From Gammaproteobacteria bacterium (GTDB lineage: Bacteria; Pseudomonadota; Gammaproteobacteria; QQUJ01), in the NCBI GenBank assembly GCA_050287605.1, contig JBNKCG010000081.1, positions 18 through 64,017 of the forward strand: DNA of 64,000 nt. Reading direction: 5' to 3'. Below are positions 30,454 through 41,082 of the stretch, one piece after another. Position 1 is the stretch's first letter. Each line of letters starts with the position of its first letter. A program made the translations under genes and the position numbers. The notes beneath the pieces were generated by a model that worked only from the letters and a program-made list of their open reading frames with translations, made no database searches and was not told where the DNA came from.

Positions 30454-31083
30454 ATGCTTGAAACCGCTGTCGTGGCCTTCACCACGCTGTTTGCCACTAT
30501 CGGTCCCATCGACGTCGCCGCGATGTTCGCCGCCTTGACCACGCGTCACCCGGCCGCAATGCGGCGTTCCATGGCGTTGCGTGGTATCGCCATCGCCGGC
30601 GGCATTTTGCTACTGTTCGCGCTCTCTGGCGGCACGCTGCTCGAACACCTCGGGATCTCGCTCGCCGCGCTGCGCACCGCCGGTGGCATCCTGCTGCTGC
30701 TGATCGGCATCGAGATGGTCTTCGCGCGTACCTCGGGCGGGGTTTCCACCACCGCCGACGAGGCCGAAGAGGCCACCGCCAAGGCCGATATCGCGGTGTT
30801 CCCCCTGGCGACGCCGTTGCTGGCCGGGCCCGGCGCCATGGGCGCCATCATTCTTCTGATGGCCAACGCGGAAGGTGATTTCGCGCGCGAAACCATCGTG
30901 ATCGCCATGTTGTTCGCAGTCCTCGCCATCAGCTTCCTTGCCCTGTTGGGCGCCGCGCAGTTGCAACGGGTATTGGGCGTCACCGGCATGCACGTGGTGA
31001 GCCGCATCTTCGGCGTACTGCTTTCGGCGCTGGCGGTTCAATTCATCTTCGACGGTATCGCCGCCAGCGGGCTGTTGGGCTGA
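30454..31083 (+). CDS. MarC-family (UPF0056) integral membrane protein
   Basis: Six TM helices. The MarC-type N-terminus FxTLFAxIGPIDxxAxF. Confidence 0.8.
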   Translation: MLETAVVAFTTLFATIGPIDVAAMFAALTTRHPAAMRRSMALRGIAIAGGILLLFALSGGTLLEHLGISLAALRTAGGILLLLIGIEMVFARTSGGVSTTADEAEEATAKADIAVFPLATPLLAGPGAMGAIILLMANAEGDFARETIVIAMLFAVLAISFLALLGAAQLQRVLGVTGMHVVSRIFGVLLSALAVQFIFDGIAASGLLG

Positions 31084-31102
31084 TCCGGGGGATTCGCGGC
31101 GC

Positions 31103-31897
31103 TCAGCGCTCGGGCGTCGACTGCGGCCCTCGACCGGCATCGGGGTTCAGCCCCCTGATCAGGTGTCCCATCAACTCCACCGGCAGCGGGAACACGATGG
31201 TGGAGCTGCGATCGTTGGCGGATATGTCGATCAGGGTTTGCATGTAGCGCAGGGTGAGTGCCTCGCTTTGCTGCGCCAGCACCTTGGCCGCTTCCATCAG
31301 CTTCTGCGACGCCTGCAACTCGCCCTCGGCGTTGATCACCTTGGCGCGCCGCATGCGTTCGGCTTCGGCCTGTTTGGCGATGGCGCGGATCATGCTCTCG
31401 TCCAGATCCACGTGCTTGATCTCCACGTTGGCCACTTTGATACCCCAGCCGTCGGTCTGCTTGTCGAGAATCTGCTGGATGTCGCGATTGAGTTTGTCGC
31501 GCTCGGAGAGCATTTCGTCCAGCTCGTGCTGTCCCAGCACCGAGCGTAGCGTGGTCTGCGCCAACTGGCTGGTGGCGGCAAGAAAGTTCTCCACCTGGAT
31601 GATGGCACGCTCCGGATCGATGACCCGGAAGTAGACCACGGCGTTGACCTTGACCGAGACGTTGTCGCGCGAGATGACGTCCTGGGTGGGTACATCCAGC
31701 ACGATGGTGCGCAGATCCACCCGCACCATGGCCTGAATGCCCGGCACGATGACGATCAGTCCCGGCCCTTTCACTTTCCAAAAACGTCCCAGCAGGAACA
31801 CCACGCCGCGTTCATATTCGCGCAGAATGCGCAGCGACGAAAACAGCAGCAACAGCAGCAATACGACGGCGATGTAGATCGCGTAGGAACCGATCAT
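31103..31897 (-). CDS. SPFH/band-7 (stomatin-like) protein
   Basis: N-terminal TM segment plus an SPFH domain (…[14 protein letters not shown]…). AGGAGGAG RBS. ATGA-coupled to the upstream NfeD gene. Confidence 0.85.
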   Translation of the reverse strand: MIGSYAIYIAVVLLLLLLFSSLRILREYERGVVFLLGRFWKVKGPGLIVIVPGIQAMVRVDLRTIVLDVPTQDVISRDNVSVKVNAVVYFRVIDPERAIIQVENFLAATSQLAQTTLRSVLGQHELDEMLSERDKLNRDIQQILDKQTDGWGIKVANVEIKHVDLDESMIRAIAKQAEAERMRRAKVINAEGELQASQKLMEAAKVLAQQSEALTLRYMQTLIDISANDRSSTIVFPLPVELMGHLIRGLNPDAGRGPQSTPER

Positions 31898-33297
31898 GGT
31901 GTCTCCTCCTTGTGCGGGGTAACCCGCAGTTTCAAACCTTCGCGGGCGACGACCCGTACCGGCTCGCCGCGCTTCACTGGCGCGTCGGTAGCGGCATCCC
32001 AAGCCTCGCCGCGAATCGAGACCCGGCCGTCACCGTCGAAATCTTCCAACGCCTCGCCGGTCCAGCCGATCAGCCCTTCGCTGCCACTCACTACCGGACG
32101 TCGCCGCGCCTTGAGGGCAAGACCCACCACGGTGGCAAAAAAGGCGAAACTGGTCAGCGCTACCGCACCGATCAGCGTCCGCGATACCTCGTAGCCCTGC
32201 GCGCCGGTATCGAACAACAGGATCGATCCGATCACGAAGGCCACCACGCCGCCGATCCCCAGCGCGCCGAAGCTGGGAACGAACGCCTCCACCACCATGA
32301 AAGCAATGCCCAATACCAGTAGAGCCAAACCGGCGTAGTTGATGGGCAACACCTGAAAGGCGAACAACGCCACCAACAGGCAGATGGCACCGATGACACC
32401 GGGCGCGACGAAACCGGGGTTGTAGAACTCGAAAAATAGCCCGTAGATGCCCATTAGCATCAGGATGTAGGCGACGTTGGGGTTGGTGATGACGCTCAGC
32501 AGTTCGCTGCGCCAATCGGGCTCGATCTCCTCGATGCGCGCATCAGCGGTATGCAAGGTACGCTCGCCATCCCCCATCCGTACGGCGCGGCCGTCGACCG
32601 CCTTGAGCAGCGCACCGAGGTCGCGGGCGACGAGATCCACCACCTTCATCTTGAGCGCCTCGTCCGCGGGCAGGCTGGCGGCCTCGCGTACGGCGCGCTC
32701 CGCCCACTCGGCGTTGCGCCCGCGCAGCTGGGCCAAACCGCGGATGTAGGCGACCGCATCGTTCACCATCTTGTGCTGCATGGTGTCGCCCGCGGGGACC
32801 GGCGGCGGTTTCTCCGCCTCCTTTTCGTTCTTCGCTGCCGGTTTGTCGGCGGCGGGCCGATCGCTGCGCTCGGGCTGCGAGGCGGGAGCCGGGCTCGCGG
32901 GCGTGCCGATCTGCACCGGCGTAGCGGCCCCCAGGTTGGTGGCGGGCGCCATGGCAGCGATGTGGCTGGCGTAGAGGATATAAGTCCCGGCGCTAGCCGC
33001 CCGCGCTCCGCTGGGGGCCACGTAACCGATAACCGGCACCGGGGAGTTGAGGATCGCCTGGATGATGTCGCGCATGGCCGTATCCAGACCGCCGGGCGTA
33101 TCCATGCGCAATACCACCGCCTCCGCACCTGCGTCGGCTGCCCGCACTAGGCCACGGGTCACGAAATCGCTGGTAGCGGGGCCGATGGCACCGTGCACGG
33201 TCAGCACGAACACCGTGGACTGACCGGTATCCGCACCCGGGGCGAGCAGCGGTAGCCCCAGCAGCAGGGCGATTACCCAATGGCGTAGCCGGATCAT
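31894..33297 (-). CDS. NfeD-like membrane-bound serine protease (ClpP-class) with C-terminal OB domain
   Basis: Signal peptide, ClpP-like domain ([18 protein letters not shown]), TM segments and an OB-fold tail. Canonical partner of an SPFH protein. Confidence 0.8.
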   Translation of the reverse strand: MIRLRHWVIALLLGLPLLAPGADTGQSTVFVLTVHGAIGPATSDFVTRGLVRAADAGAEAVVLRMDTPGGLDTAMRDIIQAILNSPVPVIGYVAPSGARAASAGTYILYASHIAAMAPATNLGAATPVQIGTPASPAPASQPERSDRPAADKPAAKNEKEAEKPPPVPAGDTMQHKMVNDAVAYIRGLAQLRGRNAEWAERAVREAASLPADEALKMKVVDLVARDLGALLKAVDGRAVRMGDGERTLHTADARIEEIEPDWRSELLSVITNPNVAYILMLMGIYGLFFEFYNPGFVAPGVIGAICLLVALFAFQVLPINYAGLALLVLGIAFMVVEAFVPSFGALGIGGVVAFVIGSILLFDTGAQGYEVSRTLIGAVALTSFAFFATVVGLALKARRRPVVSGSEGLIGWTGEALEDFDGDGRVSIRGEAWDAATDAPVKRGEPVRVVAREGLKLRVTPHKEETP

Positions 33298-33448
33298 GTT
33301 CACATCATGGACCATGATGGCGTATCCGGCCTGTCCGATGGGGTGCCAGTGCCGGGAGTGCGGTGGCCGACGCGGCGCCGGCTCCGACGCAATAAACAAC
33401 TCTAATAATATCTTCTATCTTATTGTTATTTATTGCTTTACAGTAAGT

Positions 33449-34114
33449 TTAAACCCCATATTTCCGGCACTTCACGCTGAGCGCGCAATCGGCACAGTGG
33501 GGGCGCGACCGGCAGGCAACTTTGGCGTGCCGGACGATCAGGGCATGGTACTGATTGAAGCGCGGGATGTCGGGCCCCAGGGTCTGCTCGAAGTGGTGGC
33601 GCAACGACTCGTAGCCGGCGTGGGCGTCCAGCAGTCCCAGGCGCGAGAAGATCCGACGCGTGTAAGCGTCGATGACGAAGACCGGGCGCTGGAAGGCGTA
33701 GAGCAGGATCGCATCGGCGGTCTCCGGCCCGATGCCTTTGACGCCCAACAACCCGGCGCGCAGCCGATCCGTGGACCAGCGACACAGACTCGTCAGCCCG
33801 CCCTGATCGAGCAACCACTCGCAGAAGTGCACTAGACGCTCGGCTTTGACGTTGAAATAGCCGGAGGGACGCAGGCATTGCGCTAGGGCATCGCGCTCCA
33901 CCGTAACGACGGCCTGTGGCGTCAGCCAGCCCGCTTGTTTCAGGTTGGCGATGGCCTGTTCGACGTTCGTCCACGCCGTGTTCTGCGTCAGTATGGCGCC
34001 CACCATCACTTCAAAAGGAGTCTCACCCGGCCACCAGTGTTGGGGACCGTAAGCAGCGTCGAGCAAGTGGTAGACGTGATGAAACGGTGTTTGCGGCGGG
34101 GCGCCGCGGCTCAC
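33449..34114 (-). CDS. Endonuclease III-related HhH-GPD protein (COG2231-like)
   Basis: HhH-GPD motif ([20 protein letters not shown]) and a C-terminal Cys cluster ([12 protein letters not shown]). Confidence 0.75.
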   Translation of the reverse strand: MSRGAPPQTPFHHVYHLLDAAYGPQHWWPGETPFEVMVGAILTQNTAWTNVEQAIANLKQAGWLTPQAVVTVERDALAQCLRPSGYFNVKAERLVHFCEWLLDQGGLTSLCRWSTDRLRAGLLGVKGIGPETADAILLYAFQRPVFVIDAYTRRIFSRLGLLDAHAGYESLRHHFEQTLGPDIPRFNQYHALIVRHAKVACRSRPHCADCALSVKCRKYGV

Positions 34115-34998
34115 CGCTTGCGGCCCTTCCAGGGGCTCTTATCCGCGGTAGCGCGCTTCCCCGACCCGCGCCGCGTCGGTCCGGCGCGTTGGGATCCCTC
34201 CGCCGGCTTGCGCGGCGCGCTCTTCTCCGTGGTACGCCGCGGCGGCTTCAACGCCGCCAGCCCCGCCGCTTCGCGCAAGCGGTTGATCTCACCCGGGTTG
34301 AGTTCGCACCAGCGCCCCTGGCGCAATGCGCTGGGCAGCGCGTAGGGCCCGAAGCGCACCCGCATCAAGCGGCTCACCTGCAGCCCCTGGCTCTCCCACA
34401 GACGGCGTACCTCGCGTTTTCTTCCCTCAACGATCAGGACGTAGTACCAGTGGTTGGTCCCGCGGCCGCCACCGTCGGTGATCTCCTCGAAGCGCGCCGG
34501 TCCGTCTTCCAGCTGGACACCCTGCGTCATGTTGACCAGTGCCTGCTCGGGTACTGCACCGTGCACGCGCACCGCATACTCGCGCTCCACGCGCCGCGAC
34601 GGGTGCATCAGGGCATTGGCCAGTTCGCCATCGGTAGTAAAGAGCAGCAGCCCTGAGGTGTTGAGGTCGAGCCGTCCGATGGCGATCCAGCGGCCAACCG
34701 TCAACGGCGGCAGCCGTTGAAAAACCGTGGCGCGCTGCTCGGGGTCGTCGCGCGTGACCAGTTCACCTTCCGGTTTGTGGTAGGCGATGACCCGCTTCGG
34801 CACCTCCGCCAACCGCTTGTCCGCCACGCGCCGCCCGTCGACCTCGATGCGTTCGGCGCCCGTCACGCGATCACCCAACTGCGCCGGATGCCCGTCCACG
34901 CTGACCCGCCCCGCCTTGATCCACTCCTCGATCTCGCGCCGCGAACCGAGACCGGCGCGGGCTAATACCTTGTGAAGTTTTTCAGTGTCGTCGGTCAT
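34111..34998 (-). CDS. rluB: 23S rRNA pseudouridine synthase (RluB)
   Basis: S4 domain followed by the RsuA/RluB catalytic motif ([18 protein letters not shown]). Basic C-terminal tail. Confidence 0.85.
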   Translation of the reverse strand: MTDDTEKLHKVLARAGLGSRREIEEWIKAGRVSVDGHPAQLGDRVTGAERIEVDGRRVADKRLAEVPKRVIAYHKPEGELVTRDDPEQRATVFQRLPPLTVGRWIAIGRLDLNTSGLLLFTTDGELANALMHPSRRVEREYAVRVHGAVPEQALVNMTQGVQLEDGPARFEEITDGGGRGTNHWYYVLIVEGRKREVRRLWESQGLQVSRLMRVRFGPYALPSALRQGRWCELNPGEINRLREAAGLAALKPPRRTTEKSAPRKPAEGSQRAGPTRRGSGKRATADKSPWKGRKR

Positions 34999-35017
34999 AG
35001 GGAAGAAAATGATCTTT

Positions 35018-35157
35018 AACCACAAAGTACACAAAGTTCACGAAGTTAAACCCTTAAAAACTGAGCCTAAACCGTCATGCTGGGCTTGATCCGTCATGAC
35101 GACAAGAAGGGTTTCCGCAAATAGATCTTACTTTGTGTACTTCGTGTACTTTGTGGT
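35018..35157. repeat. AT-rich structured inverted-repeat element (MITE-like or REP-like) between rluB and scpB
   Basis: Outer arms each carry three tandem 9-bp units (CACAAAGTA, CACAAAGTT, CACGAAGTT versus TACTTTGTG, TACTTCGTG, TACTTTGTG). Inner inverted repeat AAACCCTT/AAGGGTTT. Core has CCGTCATG twice and a GTCATGAC palindrome. GC content is far below the surrounding DNA. Confidence 0.55.
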
Positions 35158-35167
35158 GAAAAGGAAG

Positions 35168-35860
35168 CTAAAAAGCTGTTGATTCCGACGTCGAAGTTTC
35201 GTCCGGTTCGACTTCCGTGCCGGCCTCCACCGCCTGATCATCCGCGATCGCCTCGACAGGCTCCTCAATCTCGGCAGCCTCGTAATCCCCGCCCGCCTGT
35301 GGCTCCTCGAACAGCAACTCGGCGTTGATGCTGTCGATGTCGCGGATCTCGGCCAACGTGGGCAGTTCGTTGAGGTTCTTGAGGTTGAAGTAGTCGAGGA
35401 ATTGGCGGGTGGTGCCGTACATGGCCGGCCGGCCGGGCACGTCGCGATGACCCAGCACGCGTACCCATTCGCGCTCCAACAGCGCCTTCATGATGTTAGT
35501 GCTGACGCTTACACCGCGAATCTCCTCGATCTCACCGCGGGTGATAGGCTGGCGGTAGGCGACCAGCGCTAGCGTCTCGAGCAGAGCGCGCGAGTAGCGC
35601 GGCGGGCGCTCCTCCCACAGCCGCGACACCCACTCGCTGTACTCGGCACGGGTTTGGACACGAAATCCGCTGGCGGTCTCCTTGAGTTCGATGCCGCGTC
35701 CTTCATACTCCGCGGCCAGTTCCTTCAACACCTCGCGCAGCGCATCGCGCGTCGGCTGTTCCGTTTCAGGAAACAGGTTGAGCAGGTTGTCGAGGCTGAG
35801 CGCCTCGCCCGCGGCGAGCAGGGCCGCTTCGACGATGTTCTTCAGTGCCTTTGCGTCCAT
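35168..35860 (-). CDS. scpB: Segregation and condensation protein B
   Basis: Winged-helix ScpB domains. Acidic C-terminal tail. Confidence 0.85.
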   Translation of the reverse strand: MDAKALKNIVEAALLAAGEALSLDNLLNLFPETEQPTRDALREVLKELAAEYEGRGIELKETASGFRVQTRAEYSEWVSRLWEERPPRYSRALLETLALVAYRQPITRGEIEEIRGVSVSTNIMKALLEREWVRVLGHRDVPGRPAMYGTTRQFLDYFNLKNLNELPTLAEIRDIDSINAELLFEEPQAGGDYEAAEIEEPVEAIADDQAVEAGTEVEPDETSTSESTAF

Positions 35861-35874
35861 CGATGATTACCGTG

Positions 35875-36726
35875 TCAGGAGATTGCCGGTTCCATCCCGT
35901 CACCGTGCGCCGCGCCGCGCACCTTGACGTGAATCGGGCCGTAGGCCTCGGTCTGAATCAGCTCGATCAGCGAGCCTTTGATGAGTTCGAGAACGGCGAG
36001 CAGCGTCACCACGACGCCCAGCCGCCCCTCCTCGGGAGTAAAGAGCGCGGTGAAGTCGGTGAACTGGTCGACGCGCAGCGTGGCCAGCACGTTGGACATG
36101 CGCTCGCGTACCGACAACGCCTCGCGCTGGATGTGGTGGTGGCTGAACATGTCGGCGCGCTGCAACACCTCTTTGAACGCCAGCAGCACCTCCTTGAGCG
36201 TCACCTCCGGCAGCGCTTTCAGCGCACGCCGTTCGGTGATTTCGGCGGTGCCCACAAACAGATCGCGGCCGACGCGGTGCAGCGAATCGATGTCCTCGCC
36301 GGCCTGCTTGTAGCGCTCGTACTCCTGCAGACGGCGGATCAGCTCGGCGCGCGGGTCGTCTTCGTTTTCGTCGTCGGAGGGCGGACGCGGCAGCAGCATA
36401 CGCGATTTGATCTCCGCCAGCATCGCCGCCATCACCAGGTATTCGCCGGCCAGTTCGAGTTTCATCTCCTGCATCAAGTCGATGTACTCCATGTACTGGC
36501 GGGTGATCTCGGCGATGGGGATGTTGAGGATGTCCAGGTTCTGGCGCCGGATCATGTACAGCAGCAGGTCCAGCGGCCCCTCGAAGGCCTCGAGAAACAC
36601 ACGCAGCGCATCGGGCGGGATATAGAGGTCGCGCGGCAGTTCGGTGACCTTTTCGCCCAGCACCAGGGCGATGGGCATCTCGGTCTGCTGCGGCGGCTGC
36701 GCCTCCAGGATTTCCTCTTCGCTCAT
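35875..36726 (-). CDS. scpA: Segregation and condensation protein A
   Basis: ScpA kleisin family. About 283 aa. Confidence 0.85.
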   Translation of the reverse strand: MSEEEILEAQPPQQTEMPIALVLGEKVTELPRDLYIPPDALRVFLEAFEGPLDLLLYMIRRQNLDILNIPIAEITRQYMEYIDLMQEMKLELAGEYLVMAAMLAEIKSRMLLPRPPSDDENEDDPRAELIRRLQEYERYKQAGEDIDSLHRVGRDLFVGTAEITERRALKALPEVTLKEVLLAFKEVLQRADMFSHHHIQREALSVRERMSNVLATLRVDQFTDFTALFTPEEGRLGVVVTLLAVLELIKGSLIELIQTEAYGPIHVKVRGAAHGDGMEPAIS

Positions 36727-36766
36727 CGATCAACTTCGCTCGTGTCGGTGCATCGGCGCACGGGTG

Positions 36767-38038
36767 TCAACGGTAGTTCAGCCCCATCGCCTTACGCACC
36801 TCGTCCATGGTTTCGCGGGCGACGTCGCGCGCCTCCTCGCAACCCTCGGCGATAATGTTGCGCACCAGCGACGGCTGCTCTTCGAACTCCTTGGCGCGCT
36901 CACGGATGGGCCGCAGCTCTTTCTGGATGGCATCGATCACCAACGCCTTGCAGTCCAGGCAGCCGATGCCGGCCGTGGTGCAACCTTCGCGCACCCACTG
37001 CTTGTGCTCGTCGTCGGTGTATACCTGGTGCAGCTGCCATACCGGGCACAGCTCGGGCGTGCCGGGATCGTCGCGCCGCACGCGGGCGGGATCGGTGGGC
37101 ATGGTGCGCAGCTTCTGCTCCACCGCCTCCGGTGCCTCGCGCAGGGAGATGGTGTTGTTGTAGCTCTTCGACATCTTCTGCCCGTCCAGCCCCGGCATCT
37201 TCGACGCGGGCGTAAGCAGCGCCTGGGGTTCGGGCAGGATAATCTTACCGCCGCCCTCCAGGTAGCCCTGCAGGCGTTCCAGGTCCGCGATGCTGATGTT
37301 CTGCTGGCTCTCCAGCAGGGCGCGCGCCACGTCCAACGCCTCCTGATCGCCCTGCTCCTGGTAGCGCTTGCGCAGGTCGGCGTAAAGCTTGGCGTTCTTC
37401 TTGCCCATCTTCTTGGCGGCGGCTTCGGCCTTCTCCTCGAAGCCCTGCTCGCGGCCGTAGAGATGGTTGAAGCGCCGCGCCACCTCGCGGGTCAGCTCCA
37501 CGTGCGCCACCTGATCCTCGCCCACCGGCACCATGCCGGCTCGGTAGATCAGGATGTCGGCAGACTGCAGCAGCGGATAGCCGAGGAAGCCATAGGTGGC
37601 CAGATCGCGTTCCTTGAGCTTCTCCTGCTGGTCCTTGTAGCTGGGCACGCGCTCCAGCCAGCCCAGCGGGGTGACCATGCTCAACAGCACGTGCAGTTCG
37701 GCGTGTTCCATCACCCGTGACTGGATGAACAGTTTGGCGGAGTTGGGGTCGATCCCCGCTGCCAGCCAGTCGATCACCATGTCCCAGACGTTCTCGGAGA
37801 GGATCTCCGGCTCTTCGTAGTGTGTGGTCAGCGCATGCCAATCGGCGATGAAGAAAAAGCACTCGTATTCGTGCTGCAGCTTGAGCCAGTTCTTCAGCAC
37901 GCCGTGGTAGTGCCCCAGGTGCAGCTTGCCGGTGGGGCGCATACCCGAAAGTACGCGTTGGTATTGCGCGGGGATGGTATCCACTTCTCTCCTCTTGACC
38001 TCGTTGGATGATTCGTCGCTGATAAACGTTTCCCGCAC
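36767..38038 (-). CDS. trpS: Tryptophan--tRNA ligase
   Basis: HIGH motif (GKLHLGHY) and KMSKS motif. Confidence 0.9.
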   Translation of the reverse strand: MRETFISDESSNEVKRREVDTIPAQYQRVLSGMRPTGKLHLGHYHGVLKNWLKLQHEYECFFFIADWHALTTHYEEPEILSENVWDMVIDWLAAGIDPNSAKLFIQSRVMEHAELHVLLSMVTPLGWLERVPSYKDQQEKLKERDLATYGFLGYPLLQSADILIYRAGMVPVGEDQVAHVELTREVARRFNHLYGREQGFEEKAEAAAKKMGKKNAKLYADLRKRYQEQGDQEALDVARALLESQQNISIADLERLQGYLEGGGKIILPEPQALLTPASKMPGLDGQKMSKSYNNTISLREAPEAVEQKLRTMPTDPARVRRDDPGTPELCPVWQLHQVYTDDEHKQWVREGCTTAGIGCLDCKALVIDAIQKELRPIRERAKEFEEQPSLVRNIIAEGCEEARDVARETMDEVRKAMGLNYR

Positions 38039-38048
38039 GATAGCGGGA

Positions 38049-38702
38049 CTACAGTCCGACCAGTTTGAACAGCTCGCTCTGCAACAATGCGACCGGTACG
38101 CCGAGGATATCCCGCAGCATGCCGGTCGCCAGCAGCGCCACCAGAATGATGAACCCGTAGGGTTCGATGCGGCTGAAGCGCCAAGCCAGTGGTCCCGGCA
38201 GCAAGCCGGTCACCACGCGGCCTCCATCCAGCGGCGGCAACGGCAGGAGATTGAGCACCATGAACACGATGTTGATGGTGATCCCCGCCCCTCCCATGTA
38301 GATCAGCGGTACGGCTATCCAGTCCAGATTACCGGCGCTGGCAACCCCGATCTTCATCACGGCAGCCCACAGCAGCGCCATGACCAAATTGGCGGCAGGA
38401 CCCGCCGCTGCAACGATGGCCATGTCGCGTTTCGGGTGGCGCAAATTTTCCCACGTCACCGGTACCGGTTTGGCCCAGCCAAACACGAACCCGCCGATCA
38501 ACAGCAGAACGGCGGGAATCAGTAACGTACCGACGGGATCGATGTGCTTGAGGGGATTGAGGGTGAGGCGCCCCATCATCATGGCGGTGGGATCGCCCAG
38601 GCGTTTGGCCACCCAGCCATGCGCCACCTCGTGCACCGTGATGGCGAACAGGACGGGTAGCGCCCACACGGCGATGCGCTGCAGCATATTCAGTTCTAGC
38701 AT
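38049..38702 (-). CDS. Site-2 protease family (M50) zinc metalloprotease
   Basis: HEVAHGW zinc-binding motif inside a TM helix, with several further TM segments. An alternative start lies at 38687. Confidence 0.75.
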   Translation of the reverse strand: MLELNMLQRIAVWALPVLFAITVHEVAHGWVAKRLGDPTAMMMGRLTLNPLKHIDPVGTLLIPAVLLLIGGFVFGWAKPVPVTWENLRHPKRDMAIVAAAGPAANLVMALLWAAVMKIGVASAGNLDWIAVPLIYMGGAGITINIVFMVLNLLPLPPLDGGRVVTGLLPGPLAWRFSRIEPYGFIILVALLATGMLRDILGVPVALLQSELFKLVGL

Positions 38703-38743
38703 CGGGCGATTATACCGGGTCGCGAGGGGATGCGCCGCTGGGG

Positions 38744-39367
38744 CTACTCTTCGAACAGGGAGACATCGCCCTTCCCCACCCGCACCACCACGGGAGCCGC
38801 ACCGGTGAGGTCGACGACGGTGGAGGGCTCCAGCCCGCAATGGCCGCCGTCGATGATCAAATCCACGGCATGGCCGAGGATTTCGCGCATCTCGTAGGGG
38901 TCGGTAAGGGGCATCTCGTCGTCAGGGAGCTGCAGGGTGGAGCTCATCAGCGGCTCGCCCAGTTCTGCCAGCAGCGCCTGGGTGATGACGTTGTCCGGTA
39001 CGCGCAGCCCGATGGTCTTGCGCTTGGGATTCTGCAGGCGGCGCGGCACCTCGCGGGTCGCCAGCAGCAGGAAGGTGTAGGGCCCCGGTGTGAGTCCCTT
39101 CAGCAGTCGGTAGGCCACGTTGTCCACGCGGGCGTAGGTGGAGAGGTCGGTGAGATCGCGACACACCAGGGTGAAGTCGTGGCGATCGTCGACCCGGCGA
39201 ATGGCACGGATGCGCTCCTGGGCCTCCTTGTTGCCGATGCAGCAGCCCAGGGCATAACTGGAGTCGGTGGGATAGATGATCAGCCCCCCGTCGCGCAGGA
39301 TCTCCACGGCGCGGCGTACCAGCCGCACCTGGGGATTGTCGGGGTGGATCTGAAAAAACTGGGACAT
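38744..39367 (-). CDS. yciO: YrdC/Sua5-family L-threonylcarbamoyladenylate synthase-like protein (YciO-type)
   Basis: YrdC fold motifs (IIYPTDSSYALGC … GPYTFLL … KTIGLRVP). Confidence 0.8.
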   Translation of the reverse strand: MSQFFQIHPDNPQVRLVRRAVEILRDGGLIIYPTDSSYALGCCIGNKEAQERIRAIRRVDDRHDFTLVCRDLTDLSTYARVDNVAYRLLKGLTPGPYTFLLLATREVPRRLQNPKRKTIGLRVPDNVITQALLAELGEPLMSSTLQLPDDEMPLTDPYEMREILGHAVDLIIDGGHCGLEPSTVVDLTGAAPVVVRVGKGDVSLFEE

Positions 39368-39454
39368 GAGAACGAGGCGTCCGTCGCCGAAAGGGCGCCA
39401 TTATAGACTGATCTCAACCTCCCGGCGGGCCATTCCGCACCGTCCGCAAGCGAC

Positions 39455-40126
39455 TCACCCGAGACCGGCCTTGCCGATCAGCACCAGGGGTACCGGTGAG
39501 ACCGCCAGCAGAATCAGCGCCAGATAGTGCGGAAACGGAAACAGCCCACTAATGCCCGCCGCAATGCCGATGCCGCCGCCCCCACCGATGAAGGCGTTGC
39601 CGGGCGTGTTCAGCGCCACAGCCAGCGCCAGGTAGCGATGGCGCAGGAAGAACGACAGCCAGCGCGTGGGTACGCGCCGCGTGAGATAGAGCATGCGCTG
39701 GTGGGGCGTCATCTCCTCCATCTCGTGAACCAACGCCTCGCCGCGGCGCAGCCCCAGCCACCCCAGCACTCCGCCCAGCAGCGACACCGGCACCAGGCGG
39801 CCCAATCCATAACTCAGCGCCAGCGACAACACCGTAGCACCGTAGACCAGCAGGATGCCCGGTACACCGCCTACCAGCATGACGAACAGTCCCAGTTCGA
39901 TGCCGGGAACAAAAGGCATGGCCAAGAACAGCACATAGGCCGTCAGGACCGCGAACAGCAGCAGGTAATCGCGCCCGCGGAGCGAGACGAGCAGATCGCT
40001 GACCCGCAGTTCCAGCCGGCTCCCCACCCAGTAGACGAGCGCGATCGCTACCACCAGCAGGCCCACCCGCAGGAACAAACGCGTGCGATCGCCACGGATG
40101 CGATGGTCGTTGGGATGCACCGCCAT
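39455..40126 (-). CDS. Hypothetical polytopic inner-membrane protein
   Basis: 223 aa with about six hydrophobic helices. No recognisable motif. Confidence 0.45.
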   Translation of the reverse strand: MAVHPNDHRIRGDRTRLFLRVGLLVVAIALVYWVGSRLELRVSDLLVSLRGRDYLLLFAVLTAYVLFLAMPFVPGIELGLFVMLVGGVPGILLVYGATVLSLALSYGLGRLVPVSLLGGVLGWLGLRRGEALVHEMEEMTPHQRMLYLTRRVPTRWLSFFLRHRYLALAVALNTPGNAFIGGGGGIGIAAGISGLFPFPHYLALILLAVSPVPLVLIGKAGLG

Positions 40127-40140
40127 CGCCGGTTACGAAC

Positions 40141-41006
40141 CTAGGCGACGCGGTTGGGGGCCGCAGTGGCAGCACCCGCCAGCACTGCGTCGATGGGGCG
40201 GCACCCGGCTGGCAGCGGTGCGAACCGTCCCGGTGCCAGCCAAGTCTGCTCGGGACCGTGGAAATCGGAACCGCACGAGGCGTAGAGTGCATGGCGCTGG
40301 GACAATTCAACCAGCAGCGCAGTGCGATCCGGCGACTGGCTGCCGGAGACGACCTCAATCCCGACCCCACCGGCGGCGGCGAACTCCTCCACCAGGCAGC
40401 GCAGCTTGCGGTTGTGGAGCGGATAGCGCAGCGGATGGGCCAGTACCGCCATTCCGCCGGCAGTACGGACCCAGCCGATGGCAGTCGCAATATCCACCCA
40501 GCGGCTGGGGACATGGCCCGGCCTGCCGCGCGCCAGAAACCGTTTGTGAGCAGCCGCCGTCGTCGTCGCATGGCCCTGCGCGACCAGCCAACGTGCAATG
40601 TGGGTGCGGGTGACGGAAGCGCCCCCAGCCAGGGCCTGTGCGCCTTCCAGCGCTCCGGCGATACGCCGCTTCTCCAGGCGCCGGGCGATCGCCGCGGCGC
40701 GATCGGCGCGCAACGCCTCCAGCCGCCGTAGTCCCTGCCGCAGCGGGGAACTATCGGCGTCGATACCCAATCCCACCACGTGGACGTTGATCCCTTCCCA
40801 GGTGGTGGAGAGTTCGATACCGGGCACGAAATCGACGCCCTCGTCCGCCGCGGCCCGTGCCGCCGCCGCAAGACCTGCGGTAGTGTCGTGGTCGGTCAAC
40901 GCCAGGCGCGTCACGCCGAAGCGCTTGGCGTAGCGGATCAATTCGTCTGCTGACAACGTGCCGTCAGAGGCCGTCGAATGGAGGTGAAAATCGGTGTCGC
41001 ATGTCA
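40141..41006 (-). CDS. trpH: PHP-domain phosphoesterase (TrpH/YciV family)
   Basis: N-terminus MTCDTDFHLHSTASDG (PHP motif I) with downstream His/Asp motifs. The 605-aa track ORF is an antisense extension and is not supported. Confidence 0.8.
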
Positions 41007-41082
41007 TGGCATCCCATTTTAGCCGGCAATCGGCAATCCGTTTTGTGCGACAATGGCGCTCCCGTTGCAACGCGTGGCTATC

